Assembly: GCA_051362555.1 (NCBI GenBank)
Contig: CM120645.1
Coordinates: 14,322,001-14,386,000, forward strand
Origin: Lingula anatina
Lineage: Eukaryota > Animalia > Brachiopoda
DNA length: 64,000 bases
Direction: 5' to 3'
Positions 28,933 to 41,934 of this stretch are shown here, one piece after another. Each line of letters begins with the position of its first letter. Position 1 is the stretch's first letter. The translations under genes and the position numbers were made by a program. The notes under the pieces were generated by a model. That model saw nothing but the letters and a program-made list of their open reading frames with translations, had not been told where the DNA came from and made no database searches.

Positions 28933-29379
28933 GGGGGGGACTCGTTGCGAGCACAGAAACGTTTGAGAGTGGGGAGCGTCACGTGGAGCGCTGGAAAATG
29001 TGCTGTTTTTGTCTCCTCATTGGGCCCCATACAACTATGGACTTCAATATTCAGTTCTTGTTGCTATGGGTGTGGAGGTGCATGCCATAAATGTACTATC
29101 TGAAGCAATTCATAGATTTAAGTCATTTTCTTTGGGCACTCCAGTGTGAGACGGACACTAGGCTAATTATCTCAAGTTTCACATAAATGTATCACAGTAC
29201 TTCATTTTAGCACCGGTCTCCCCTAATGATCGAACCCGCCGCTGAGAAATTAATGATTACTTTCAAAAGAACCCGATAATGGTGAATGGACAAGTATCAT
29301 GGCTCTCAACCACGTACATCTTTTCTAATTAACCATCAACAGGTACAAACAGACACACGCACAAACGTGCACCCTTTTG

Positions 29380-29414
<35 letters not shown>

Positions 29415-29663
29415 AGCGGTTATTTGACATCACCGATGCTCGTGTGCCTCTCGTTTTTTTTTATTGATTTCCAAGAAACCTTGCCATTTGGAAATAAACC
29501 CTGTGCGTTTGTGAATTCAAGTTTCCCTGAGGCAACAGCGACTGACGCTGCGTAAAATCGCGATACTACGTGGATGTCACCCCTTTGGCATTGTGTTTGA
29601 CATTCATAAAGCAATTTACATTGCGTTGCATTGTATTTGAAGACAAGCACTGAAGCGGTAACC

Positions 29664-32600
29664 ATGGTCATCTTAAAGAATTCTGTCGGTTTGTTGACGT
29701 TGCTTGCACTACTGACTTGGATTCAGATCGCTGCGCCAGTGGAAGGTAAGTGCTTTGAAACAAAAGTGATTAATTACTCTCTGACCACAGGGCCCACTAA
29801 TAGTCTGTTACAAAATTATTGTATCGGCTTATTCTTTAATATTGTGTATTATTTTGGAAGCTCCTGAAATCGAAGAGTAGCGATTCATCTGCATTTTGTG
29901 AATTCCCAACTTTTGTCCTTGAAACGAATTTCATATTTCAAACTTATACTGCAGCTATGCTTTTTTAGAAGCATTAATTAACCGTTAACATAAAATTTTA
30001 ATAGTGATGCTTTCTTATTTGCTCGCTTCTCAGTTTGACCCCGACCCCCCACCCCCGCCAATAAAAAAAAAGAAGTCGGTGATCCAGCCCCGGAATGAAC
30101 ACTCAAATGCTCAAAGAAAATGACTTAAATTTACACTGTAAAAACAGAGTTTAGCTCCTAATCACATTTCTTAGCGCCTGTTTTGTCTCACTTTTGCAAC
30201 GCGTTTAGCCTGAATGTGTTTAGCAGTACGACGCGTTTAACGGCTAGATATATGTGGGGTGTATGTGTTTAGATGTTAGTTGTTTAGGGTTTCAACGGTT
30301 GTAGCTTTCAGGCCCGTAGCCAGGGGGGTTCGGGGGGTTCGAAAGAACCGCCCCTTTTGCTGGGAAAAGGTCCACTCTGGGTAAAATTTGATCTAGGTAC
30401 ATGTAGTTCTTATGGGAAAATGTCCACTTTTTCAGAAAAAGAACCCCCCTTTTGAAATTGCTGGCTACGGGCCTGGCTTTACACGCGCGCGCACACACAC
30501 GCCCATTCCCACACACAAGTGACAATCAACTAAGCCTGTTATATCTCTCTATCTACAGGAAACCGTGAACTATCAACATCATTCACTTACCCGATATCAT
30601 TTACAGCTGGACTTAATCATCCTTGTGTTAGCTGGCCTTGCGAGGAAGTTTTATTAGAATGTATTTCAGAAAATCAAGTTAGGGAAATTCACTAGTTCAC
30701 TATAAATACCAATCACTTCCACGCCTTCAACAGTTCCACACTTTTAGAAGGAGAAGTGTAAAGCCAATATTCGTTGAGCCTTGTAATAAACTAGTAATAA
30801 GATTGTAAATCGGTGAAGCTAAACATATAGCTAAACAAATAACACCCTAAGGTCGTTTAGCATTTTCTTCTGTAAGGAGCTTGAAAAGCTAAACGTATTG
30901 TTTAGCATCTCTGTGCGCTTAGCAGGGGAAGTGCTTAGCCAATGTGTTTCGCCTTGTGATAAACTTATTATGGAACCATATACCGGTGAAGCTATAGCTA
31001 CGTGTACATGTAACACTGCCAAACAAGTCTAGCATTTTCTTCTGTGAGAAGCTTGGAAAGCTATACGTGTTTGGCTTTTACACATATTTCTAAATGCGTT
31101 TTAGGTGCTAAACGTGTGTTATATAGCTGTTTAAATGCTAAACACTGTTTTTACAGTGTATGAATTGACATGCACCTCCACACCCATACCAATAAGAAGT
31201 GAATATTGAAGTCCATAGATGTATGGGGTCCAAAGAGGAGACAAATACAGCACTGGGGATGAAAAGTGTATATTTTATTATTATTATTATTTTTTTGCAG
31301 CATAGTTTCAACATTTCCAAGCGCTGCATGTGACGCTCTCCACCTCAAATGTTTCTGTGCTCCGAACGAATGCCCCTCTCTCTTTCTTTCTCTGTAAAAC
31401 ACACCAGTGGGATTGCTGACAACACATCGATGTATACTCGATGCTCGAGGCGGGACTGGATATTCGGTACCATCGGCTCTTAGCTATATTTTTATAATCA
31501 CTTTGAAGGCGGGAAAACTAAGTTTGAGTTGGGTTAGATTCATTTAATGACGATCATAAATTTCACCATTTAGTAATGAGAACGATAGCTATCCTCCACT
31601 ATACCACCATAGTGATATATTATTATTATTTCCATTATGGATTATAAGGCATTTGTTAGCGTTGCTGACAAGTGTTTCAACGTTGGTAATTTGCGTAAGT
31701 TTCTTTATCATTAATCTTGAAAAGTCAAAAGACTAAAAAAAGATACACACTGGTAGTTCTCTTCATATCTTGGCGAATCTTTCCTGTTCAGCGAACGAGT
31801 TTACCCCAATACAATGGAAATGTGCTTTACAAAATCCAAATACGATTTTGTCTTGCACCTAAATATATACAACTTTGATTTTCCCTTTTTTCCGAATCAT
31901 AAGTGCGACTTTTTTCCCCAGATAGTTATAAAATCATCAATGTGCGACCTTAACTGAAGGTACTTACCTAGCTGTAATATGCCTGTCGCATACCCTTCGG
32001 CTAAATAAAACTTCCGAAGTTTCCATTGTATTTATTGATGGCGTTTTTTTACTTATCACCATTGATAAAATATTCCCTGATGTGCAACCCTGTCCGACGT
32101 ACCAAATACTACAGACAGACTCTCCCATCAATATAAATTACTTACTAAGACTGAGTTCCCATATCTTATCGTGCTAGACGGATTGATCTATCTCAGCGGG
32201 GATTCTCGCTGAGGTGCAGTCAATGTAATCAGCTTATTTTTATGGCACGCCCCTTCGTTGAGTATTATGTACAACAATGGACCACAGTTTTCCCGACCTT
32301 ACCCAAGTACTTTAAGTTGGTGTTCTTTAAGGGGTGTGCAGGCATTTAAGTCGCTTAAACTGAATGCAATTTAGCGAAAATACCCCAGGAGTTAGTTCTA
32401 TCCAGTTAGTACGATAGTGTCACCCTCTACCAGGGATGCAGTTATTATTGTGGACACTTTTGCTGAGGCGACCCTGTAACGTTTGGCCAGATGGGATCAA
32501 TTAAATCTGCACGCGCGCAGATGGCATTGTACCTGCCCTGCAGTAGCTCAGTGACAGTTGGGCTTCACGTCGATGTGATTACCGCTTGTTACGCAAACTG

Positions 32601-34227
32601 CCTTGTCTTGTCTGTCTGCTAAGGGGCTGTTTTTATTGTCACAGATGCGCAACGATAGATTATGGGAACGGTCCCTAAGATCTAATAAAATATTCTAGTA
32701 CATTAACTAATTGTGAGGCTACATTGTTGTATCCATTTAAGGTCACAATTTAATTACGTGGAGTTACGTGTAATATGTTCAGCAGACGTGACATATTATA
32801 GTCCGACAATATACATATACAGTTTAACCTGAATATTAACGCAACAGAATTTATTTTTACACACTTCATTTTTTTGAAGCCTCTTTATCAACACATTAAA
32901 AGTTCCAAAAAATCCTTGCTTAGCAAACATGAAATATCCACCCTACATTATCTTGGCCCGTGCCATATTGCAGTCCAATTATGATTCAGACATTTGTTAA
33001 TAGGGTTAAGGGTCATATTGATGCCATTTAATAAATCCAAAATGGCCCCAACAGTCAGACAAAATAACAATGCCCACTAAAATTGAGTGAAAGTATTGAA
33101 TTTTATTACTTTTCACACATAATGTAAAATCATTATAAATTCTAGATGTTTTGCTGATTAAAATATCAACACTGAAGTTCTATGCAAGTTTTGAAGCTAT
33201 AGATGGCCGCCAAATCCAATGCAGACATGTACATGTATAACAGTCACCAAAAAATCTTTTCTCACAATTTTTTTTTACACTCCTCGATCAGTATGTTGAA
33301 CTTTATTCATATTACAGGCTTTATAATGGTTTGGATTCCCATGAAAAAAATTGTAATTGTATCATTTGTAATCTGATTTTTCACAAGGGGGCATCCAATA
33401 CTCTTTGCGATGTATTCACTCTCGTGCAGAAGACCTACAATTTGGGATCATGGGATAATATCAATTTATTTGTGCACTAAAGACATGTCAGTCTGGTTCC
33501 TTTTACCGTTTGAAGTTATTTTATCTTATTTGATAATTTCACTAATGGCTGTCAACAACTTGAGAAATAATTCTTTTTTCAAAAAAACGTCAGCATATTG
33601 GAAAACTAACCAAAGAGATGTGTAATTTGGAGCATTTTGTAGTATGTCAAATACACCCAAGGTGTGTATTTTTTATTTCTTTTTGGGGGCCGGGGAATGG
33701 GTCCGAAAAATGTGACTAAAATGTGTATATAGTATGTTTTTATCTGGTATTTGACTTATTTTATCAAGTGGATGCATTCATAAAAAGTATGAGCTTACTA
33801 GTTGCAAATAACTCCTTATAAAATGGTTGTAACTATTGCCATTTCAATTGTCACAAAAAACAGGCCTACCACACATCGTGCTTCTGCACGCTATTAAGCT
33901 CGTGTTCCTTCAACCAAATGAGAAAAACTCACATATCGTGGAAATGGATTGTATGATTTTGCTCCACAAACATTAGTTAATTTTTTCCATGTTATGTTTT
34001 AAGTCTGGGATATTTAACGAAGTTTAAAGGAGCGCCGTGGAGGTGTTTCAGTGGTTCTATAAATGTCAAAATAGATTGGTGTGGTTTGGAATCTGGATAG
34101 TAATTCTCTCATGCAGATTCTGTCCAAGCGACCCAGATTTTACTTTGAAACAATTTTCATTTTTTACAGAATAATGGGTTTCGTTCATATCTAATCCAAA
34201 CCTCAACGACAACCAGATTATAGCAAT

Positions 34228-34269
<42 letters not shown>

Positions 34270-35686
34270 TTAATTCACTTTTTCTCTTGAAAGGGTACAC
34301 CTTAAAGGAACAAGAGGAAAGAGTTCAACTCGCTGAAAGATATAATGGTAAGTTCACAGTAATTATGACGAAGTCATGTGTAACGAATTTTTTTAAAGCA
34401 AATTAACGTAAAATTTTCACTGGATAACTGTTTTTGACAAAAACAAATTTATTAAATTTCCGTAAGTTTAACTTGGTATCAACGTGAAGTAAATAATATA
34501 TTTTATTTAAAAATATAGGGGCCTATATATATATATATATGCACGTCTTTTTCGTGCACAATGAATGTGAAGATGAGTATTTAATTCATCCTTCACAAGC
34601 CAGAGGTATATGAAGAATAACCAATATTCAGTCGCTCTCCCCTTATCTTGGACGTTAGAGAACCTGGTGGTACTTTGATAAAATGAAAATCTACGTTGTA
34701 TTCGAAAGCTCCTTACCAATCAGATAAACGAATAAGTAAATAACGAATACGTGAATGACAGTGCTAGATAGGGAAACGAGATTTTTAATTCCCAAAGATC
34801 AGGCGTTATCGTCAGTATGTTGAATAATTCCTCACGGGAAGATGATTAAATGATATGATAATTCCTTTCAGTCTACAACAACGACGCAATATTCCAGGTA
34901 ATGGGACTACTTTTTGATTAAGTAACGATTCAAGTAGATTGTTGTTAAAGAAATAAGTATAATGATTTTTTTCAAGGACAAGTTTTCTAAATTTCATCAA
35001 TATTAGTGTAAAATATCACATATATTGAAATATTAACAAAGATTAACAATATTAAAAGTGCAACAAGATAAAGGCAGAGTTCATTTTTGACTAAGGCATA
35101 TTTCTTTAGGCATAATTGGCTTAGTTAGTATTCATTTCAACCAAAGGGAAAGAATTTAAGGGCCAATATTACGCAGTTTTTATTATCACAAGTGGTCTTA
35201 ACTTAACTAACCAGACAATCAGTTTGAAAATGATTGAAAAATCTATCACACACACATTTCGTTTTTCAAGGGACTCAGATCGGCCATTGACCCGGCTCGG
35301 CGATGGGCTGACTCAATGGTACCATACATCATAGACGCGAATGTAGGTAAGTTTCGCGTGTTTACATTTTAGAACTACATTCCGTGTTAAGGAAAGTATG
35401 AAACTGACATTTTTTTTTGCTCCATGTTCATATTACCATTCAGCGTGTTTTGGTTTTTGTGTCCAGTTTCTGTGATCTGAAGCTGTAACGGAGCGACTTA
35501 ATTTTTTTTCAATGTTTTAGAATGTATTTTTCATTGAAGCTGCTGAGGGAAGAAACAGAATAAAAGGAGCCATCCAAGAGTATAATACAAAGACTTGTAT
35601 AAGATGGATAACTAGAACAACGGAGACAGATTATGTAAGATTTTCAGCCGCGCGACCACCACTCGTGGGGAGGCGCACTGTGTAAG

Positions 35687-35717
<31 letters not shown>

Positions 35718-35757
35718 GACACACACACCAGGGAATTAATCGTCTACAATATAATTC

Positions 35758-35794
<37 letters not shown>

Positions 35795-38700
35795 CCAAAA
35801 CGCAGATTAGCACAATATATTCAGAACTAGACCCCTTGGTGTAATAATGAATTTTATTGTGTCTTTAGCTGCCGAAGCTTAATTGGCAGAGATGGTGGTG
35901 AGCAATTGTTGACATTGATGCCAGGGTGCACCCAGCGTGACGCCTCTGTGACCATACACGAGATGATGCATGCCCTTGGTTTCTACCACGAGCAATCAAG
36001 ACCAGACAGGGATAACTACGTGAATATTCTCAATGGGAACATCATGGCGGGTAAAAGAATTAAAGTATATTTATATACATGTATGAAGGACAATAACATA
36101 ATTGTCAGTTAGGCCACCTGTCTGTCTACCTGGTCACTCATCCGCTCGCATGTCTGTCGGTCAGCCAGTCGACTTGCATGTTTGCTTTCCTTCATATGTC
36201 TATGTGGCCACTACGGTAATTTCTTGTCTAAACGTGCTATATGCAAACCATGTTTTAATGTATCTAATTAGTTTTTTTGGTACTTGGGCGGGTAAAAGAA
36301 TTAAAGTATATTTATATACATGTATGAAGGACAATAACATAATTGTCAGTTAGGCCACCTGTCTGTCTACCTGGTCACTCATCCGCTCGCATGTCTGTCG
36401 GTCAGCCAGTCGACTTGCATGTTTGCTATGTCTATGTGGCCACTACGGTAATTTCTTGTCTAAACGTGCTATATGCAAACCATGTTTTAATGTATCTAAT
36501 TAGTTTTTTTGGTACTTGGGCGGGTAAAAGAATTAAAGTATATTTATATACATGTATGAAGGACAATAACATAATTGTCAGTTAGGCCACCTGTCTGTCT
36601 ACCTGGTCACTCATCCGCTCGCATGTCTGTCGGTCAGCCAGTCGACTTGCATGTTTGCTTTCCTTCATATGTCTATGTGGCCACTACGGTAATTTCTTGT
36701 CTAAACGTGCTATATGCAAACCATGTTTTAATGTATCTAATTAGTTTTTTTGGTACACGGTCCAAACTTTGTTGTTAGAATATTGCCTCAGAGGATACAG
36801 TGGCATAGGTGTTGCTCCACTCAGCTTCATTATTCCTGGACTTTTTCCTATGTTTTTCTTGTTCTGTGATGCTGACCAGTACTATATATTTAATTCTTCT
36901 TGCACGAATACACTCACACAAACGCACGCACATGCTTATCTGTGTGTGTGTGTGTGTGTGTGTGCGCGCGCCCGCGTGCGTGTGTGTATGCTGCAGTTGC
37001 AGAACCAAATCCCTGGTTACGGGTGTTCTGGGACATTACATAAATAAATAAGCAATTAATGCTTACAAAATTTAAATTTTAAATTTGTAAATCTATCAAG
37101 ACCTTGATAATGACGTGTTATGGGGATGACGCCTCTTTGTTTATAATTATGTGTGTGTGTGTGTGTGTGTTTTCCAAGTGTTGTCTTCTTTTTCAATGAC
37201 TTTTTCTATACTTTTGCGATATTTATGATTAGGTGTACGTAAAATTATCAAAAATAAAATCAATGTTACATATTTGTCCCGTCTATAAAAAATATGACCC
37301 CAGCCTCTAATATGGTTCACATTTTCTTTTAAACAAATAGGACTTGAGTTTAACTTCGACAGAGAAACAAACAGCTTTACTCTGGATACACCTTACGATT
37401 ATACCAGCATTATGCACTACCCAGCCAACTTATTCAGCATAGATCCAGCAAACCTTAACACTATAACTACGAGAACGACACAAGCAATAGATCCAGCAAG
37501 CGTGCTTTCGGACATTGATGTCTTGGATATTTGCCTTTACTATGAGTGCGACTGTCCCGGTGAGTATATCAAACAGCAAAGGAAAGAATGATGAGAAAAA
37601 GACCATAGGACGCGATTTGTTTGTAGCTTCTGATGTAATAGTTTATTACTTCATGTACATTAATGATTTGGATCACATAAGGCATAAATATAAATCTATA
37701 TTTGTTGATGGCTTAAGCCAGTATTAACAATTATATGTATTACATTATTACACCTGCCTGCAAAATAGTATCCGGGGGGATTTTTTTTTTTTAGTCCCGT
37801 CTATAAACGTAATTCTCAGACTGATTGCTGTAGAGATTTTTGGTCAACAAGTGACTGTCAAGATAAGGTAGGGGGGAGTTGGAGGGGAACAGGTCAATAC
37901 TGCAAAGGTGGAAAATTTGCCATAAATATCACTGGGTATTGTTTGTCATTGTTCATATTTGCGAATGTAACCCCGTCTGGCAGGCGAGAGATGGAGAGAC
38001 ACATGGGCTGTCACAGTTAGAACGATTTGCTTTATTATAAAATTTAACTTTTAAGTTCGAACAGTCATGCATCAATCTTTTAGATCCACCTTTACGATCA
38101 ATCGTTTGCCAAGATAATATGATGACCATTAGTTGCCCAGCTGGACAAGTGCTTAGTGTGGTAGGGGCTGTATTTGGAAGAATAGAAGACACCGGGACCA
38201 CCTGTCCGTCTCCAAGCGATTTGCTGATGACCAACGTGAGAAACTGCGCCCAAGGAACGACAATCGACACTGTGAGAGCGAGCTGTAATGGCATGTCACG
38301 GTGCATGCTGATGGCTACCACTGCCGTATTTGGAGACCCGTGCCCCAACATATACAAGTATCTCTCCGTCGTTTATAGATGTAATGCTGCAAGTAAGATT
38401 CCATGCACGATTTTAATCTGAATTTTCACAGTGCAGTATCTTTTATGTTTTTTTTAGATGCAATATAATACCTTATCACATGGCGTGGTAAGATGCATCT
38501 TACAGTAGATATAAAATTGTGTAGGGTTGTTTCTATTAATTACCTTATACCTGCAATATGAAAAATATAGCTTTGTACATGACTGAGGATGTTTAACAGA
38601 CCCCCTTTTTTGTCTTTAAGCCGTCCCAGATGTAAACGAATGTCTGAATTTTAATGGAGGTTGTGAACAATTATGCACCAATACAGTAGGATCTTTCCTA

Positions 38701-40897
38701 TGTTCGTGTCGGTCCGGCTTCGTGCTTAGGAACAGAAGAGCCTGTGCAGGTATGATACGTGTATTTATCAGTCAATTTTAACGAACATTTGCCTTAGTTT
38801 ATAATTGATTTGGTTCAATTTAAAATATAAAATTGAAACTATTGCCCTTTCAGTCCCAAGAAGTCCCAAGGTACTCTTAATCGTGGTGTGATAAATATTT
38901 TATTTACTTATTTATTTTGTTGTTGTTGTTGAGTTGATAGATCTCTTGGTGCATAACTATCAGTCTGAGGGCTATTTACGTCCTCAGTAATACGACATTG
39001 TATAGTTGATGTGCAATAGTACAACAATATTGACAATAAAGGCTAAGGTAAATGTAGACCTGAACAAATTGCTTCACCTGTTTATAAATTGAAATTTATT
39101 AAAACATTATTCAAATGCACAAAATAAAACGTAAAGAGAGAGAGAGAATTCATGCAAGGGTACAACATAAACTGCTTGTTCACGATTTCTTACGTTATAT
39201 AATATTTCACAGATATAAACGAATGTTCTGTGAATAACGGCGGCTGTAGCCAAAGATGTACCAATAATCCTGGATCTTTCAGCTGTTCATGTGACACCGG
39301 ATTCAGCCTGGACCCCAATGGAAGGACATGCTCAGGTAATAAAATACTTTTAAATTTGGGTTTTCCGTTTTGCTCTACATAATCTCTAAAGTGTTGGAAA
39401 GATAAAGAGATGTCATTTGTTTGGACAAGTTTTAATGTAACAGTTTGTAAGTTTGGTAAAACTCAACATATCATATTGGTTAAAACTAAAGACATACATG
39501 ATTTTCAATCTGTTCAATCTATTCCAATTAAAACACAAAGACATAATGTAATGGCTTAGAGATGTCCATGTGCAACGACACACAGGTATTCGTCTCTTAG
39601 GTGACCAAACAATACATTGACTGTTCAAACAAAAAAAAACTTTGTCTTACTTGTTACTATGGTTATGGGTTTATAATTCAAGCTACGCAGTCACCTAACC
39701 CGTGCCTGACTAACAATGGAGGTTGTCAACAGATCTGCACGAACAATGGAGGAGCAGCCCAGTGTTCATGTAATGCTGGTTTTACCTTGGATAGCAACGG
39801 GATGACTTGTAATGGTAGGTTTAAACCAACGTTTAAATAGTCCAAGGGTAACTGATATCGACTGTCGAAGAAAGTATTTTAATTTTGTAATTAGTGAGAT
39901 AGATTTCAATCTAGAATCATATACTGTTAAAATATAACATGAACTCTGAAGTCTGATCATGGTTTGTCACTTCAAACCACCTACTTTCCTGCAGTGTGTC
40001 TGACTGGAATCTGGTCGTAAAAATGCGTTTAATTTGTATATATTCAATTGACCCCAAGGCCAACTGTTAATCAACCACCGTAGCTGTAATTGGAATTTAA
40101 TTGATTAGATAAGTTTAAAACTAGCCATTGTATGAAAATATTTTTAATTTTAAAGATGTAATATTTTATGATCACTTCAAATATTACTCTTTTTATGAAA
40201 AAAATACGTTTGATAATTTCCTTTCAGTGGATCAACCACCAAATCCTTGTCTAATAGGAAATGGCGGTTGCCAACAGATTTGTATGAACAATGGGGGAAC
40301 AGCGCTGTGCTCATGCAATGCAGGTTTTACCTCAAACAACAACGGAGTAACTTGTGTTGGTAGGTCATTATACATGTGCAAGATACGAATTTATTTTTCA
40401 TTATATACCTCTCCTTCCGTGAGCTTCATATATCAGGGTCAGAATTCACGAAGGCTGCGAAACGTTGCAAAAATGTTTCAACAAGCGATCTCCGCTTGTA
40501 TTGGTGTAGTTTATTAGATCAGTAATAGAATCTAAGTATTTTGATTGAATTATATTGAAACTAAAATAAAAGAATATTTTTCAGCCAATATACCTCCCAC
40601 AACTGCTCAGCCAGCAACAACCAATCTACCACCGGCATCAAACACACCTCCGGGAATCAACCAGGCACTAAACCCTTGCCTGATTAACAACGGGGGTTGC
40701 CAACAGACGTGTAGAAACAACGGCGGGGTGCCGCAGTGCGCTTGCCTTGCTGGCTTCTCCCTGAACCCCGATGGGAGAACTTGTAATGGTAATAAGATAA
40801 TATTCTTTTATTAAAGCGTTGCAACATTCACCTTTATCATATATATGATTAACTTTTTAAACCAAGCAGACGCTCACTGAAGTGATGAGCTTTGTTG

Positions 40898-40965
<68 letters not shown>

Positions 40966-41722
40966 AACATTAAACCTTTGACTCGAGCTAGTGCAAATAC
41001 TGCTTAAGTAAATTTCCTTTGTATAAAATGAAAAATAGCATTTCTTATCGAATTTTACACATTTGGTAAAAGGTTTTTAGTTTAAATGAAAATATGCATA
41101 TGCTTCCTTGTTCCTATGTTTCGCATGGTTTGAACATAGTCAGCTCATCATTGAATAATCTAGTTAGACACATCCTGGAAATGACGTAACCAACCTGAAA
41201 GCATTTTTTCTGTATCATTTTTTACATAGCATTTATCTTCGTAAACTCAAGTCTGGCGGACCAGAACATCTTTGGCGGTTTCCCGCTAAACGGTCTATCT
41301 TTTGAGCGCTGTTTAATCACATGTCTCCTGACCACGAGTTGTGGGGCGCTTTCCTTTGACAACCAAAACGCTTGTGTTCTTCACCCTGTAAACACAGCGT
41401 GTGGACAGACGTTCCCACAAGCTGGGACGACCCTTTACCGGTTGACCACGTGTCCATCAACTGATGCAACGCCACTTACTAACACTGGATTCGTCTTTCA
41501 AGTGATAAGAGCACTTTTTGGTGAGTTAGATATTCTGAATTTTATTATAATTTCATTGTTAATTAATTTTTCACTTTAAAATACAATACTCAGTACAGTG
41601 AAGCGGTCTGTAACCTGCTTGCCTGTAATTGAATCTTTAATATCACAGTCTACTGGTTTAAGTTTAGTTGAATCACTTCAAAATAATTAATTCGTGATTT
41701 AGAGTGAGATCTCCTTGTCATT

Positions 41723-41772
<50 letters not shown>

Positions 41773-41934
41773 TAAAAAGTCGTTAGTTTACATTTGAGTG
41801 CATTTCTCATAAACACTTATTATAATACTTAAAAGTAATTTGCCCATCGGTGCTTTCGTCTAGACAATATTTCGACAACTCCCCTTGTCTGAGTACATTT
41901 AATATTGATCAGTGTTGTATTTTCAGGGCTTTAG
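29664..41934 (+). CDS. Secreted astacin (M12A) metalloprotease with SUEL/rhamnose-binding lectin, 5 EGF-like and PAN/apple-like domains (~702 aa)
   Basis: Exons 29664-29745, 34294-34347, 34872-34897, 35271-35346, 35540-35681, 35869-36050, 37341-37559, 38084-38392, 38621-38749, 39213-39335, 39683-39814, 40228-40359, 40585-40788, 41230-41520, 41927-41934 (TAG); 2109 nt. Zinc motif [19 protein letters not shown] and Met-turn [13 protein letters not shown] motifs AVFGR and [13 protein letters not shown]. cbEGF starts DVNEC/DINEC. The tiny prodomain exons are less certain. Confidence 0.9.
30134..31158. mobile_element. CMC/EnSpm(CACTA)-like non-autonomous element, TIR CACTGTAAAAACAG(A/T)GTTTAGC, TA TSD
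   Basis: 22-bp TIRs with one mismatch, TA on both sides, and many gtttag/ctaaac subterminal motifs; the empty site is visible in the paralogous copy at ~27190. Confidence 0.85.
30309..30475. mobile_element. MITE of the same family as 16659-16826, nested in the CACT element, TSD GCTTT
   Basis: TIR CAGGCCCGTAGCCAG; GCTTT on both sides. Confidence 0.9.
32418..32651. mobile_element. 234-bp insertion (TG...CA ends) with 7-bp duplication ACGATAG inside the inverted MITE copy
   Basis: Absent from the paralogous MITE at 25817-26089; acgatag on both sides; class unknown. Confidence 0.65.
36046..36756. repeat. Intronic tandem repeat, 3 units (periods 241 and 232 bp), each starting with the astacin exon-end/donor GGCGG|GTAAAAG
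   Basis: Near-identical units start at 36046, 36287 and 36519; this explains the three repeated MSVRPPVC.. ORFs. Confidence 0.95.

Noticed and set aside
36102-36778. Three repeated minus-strand [12 protein letters not shown].. ORFs as a peptide gene family
   Set aside because: They are by-products of the intronic tandem repeat, with non-ATG starts and no recognisable motif.
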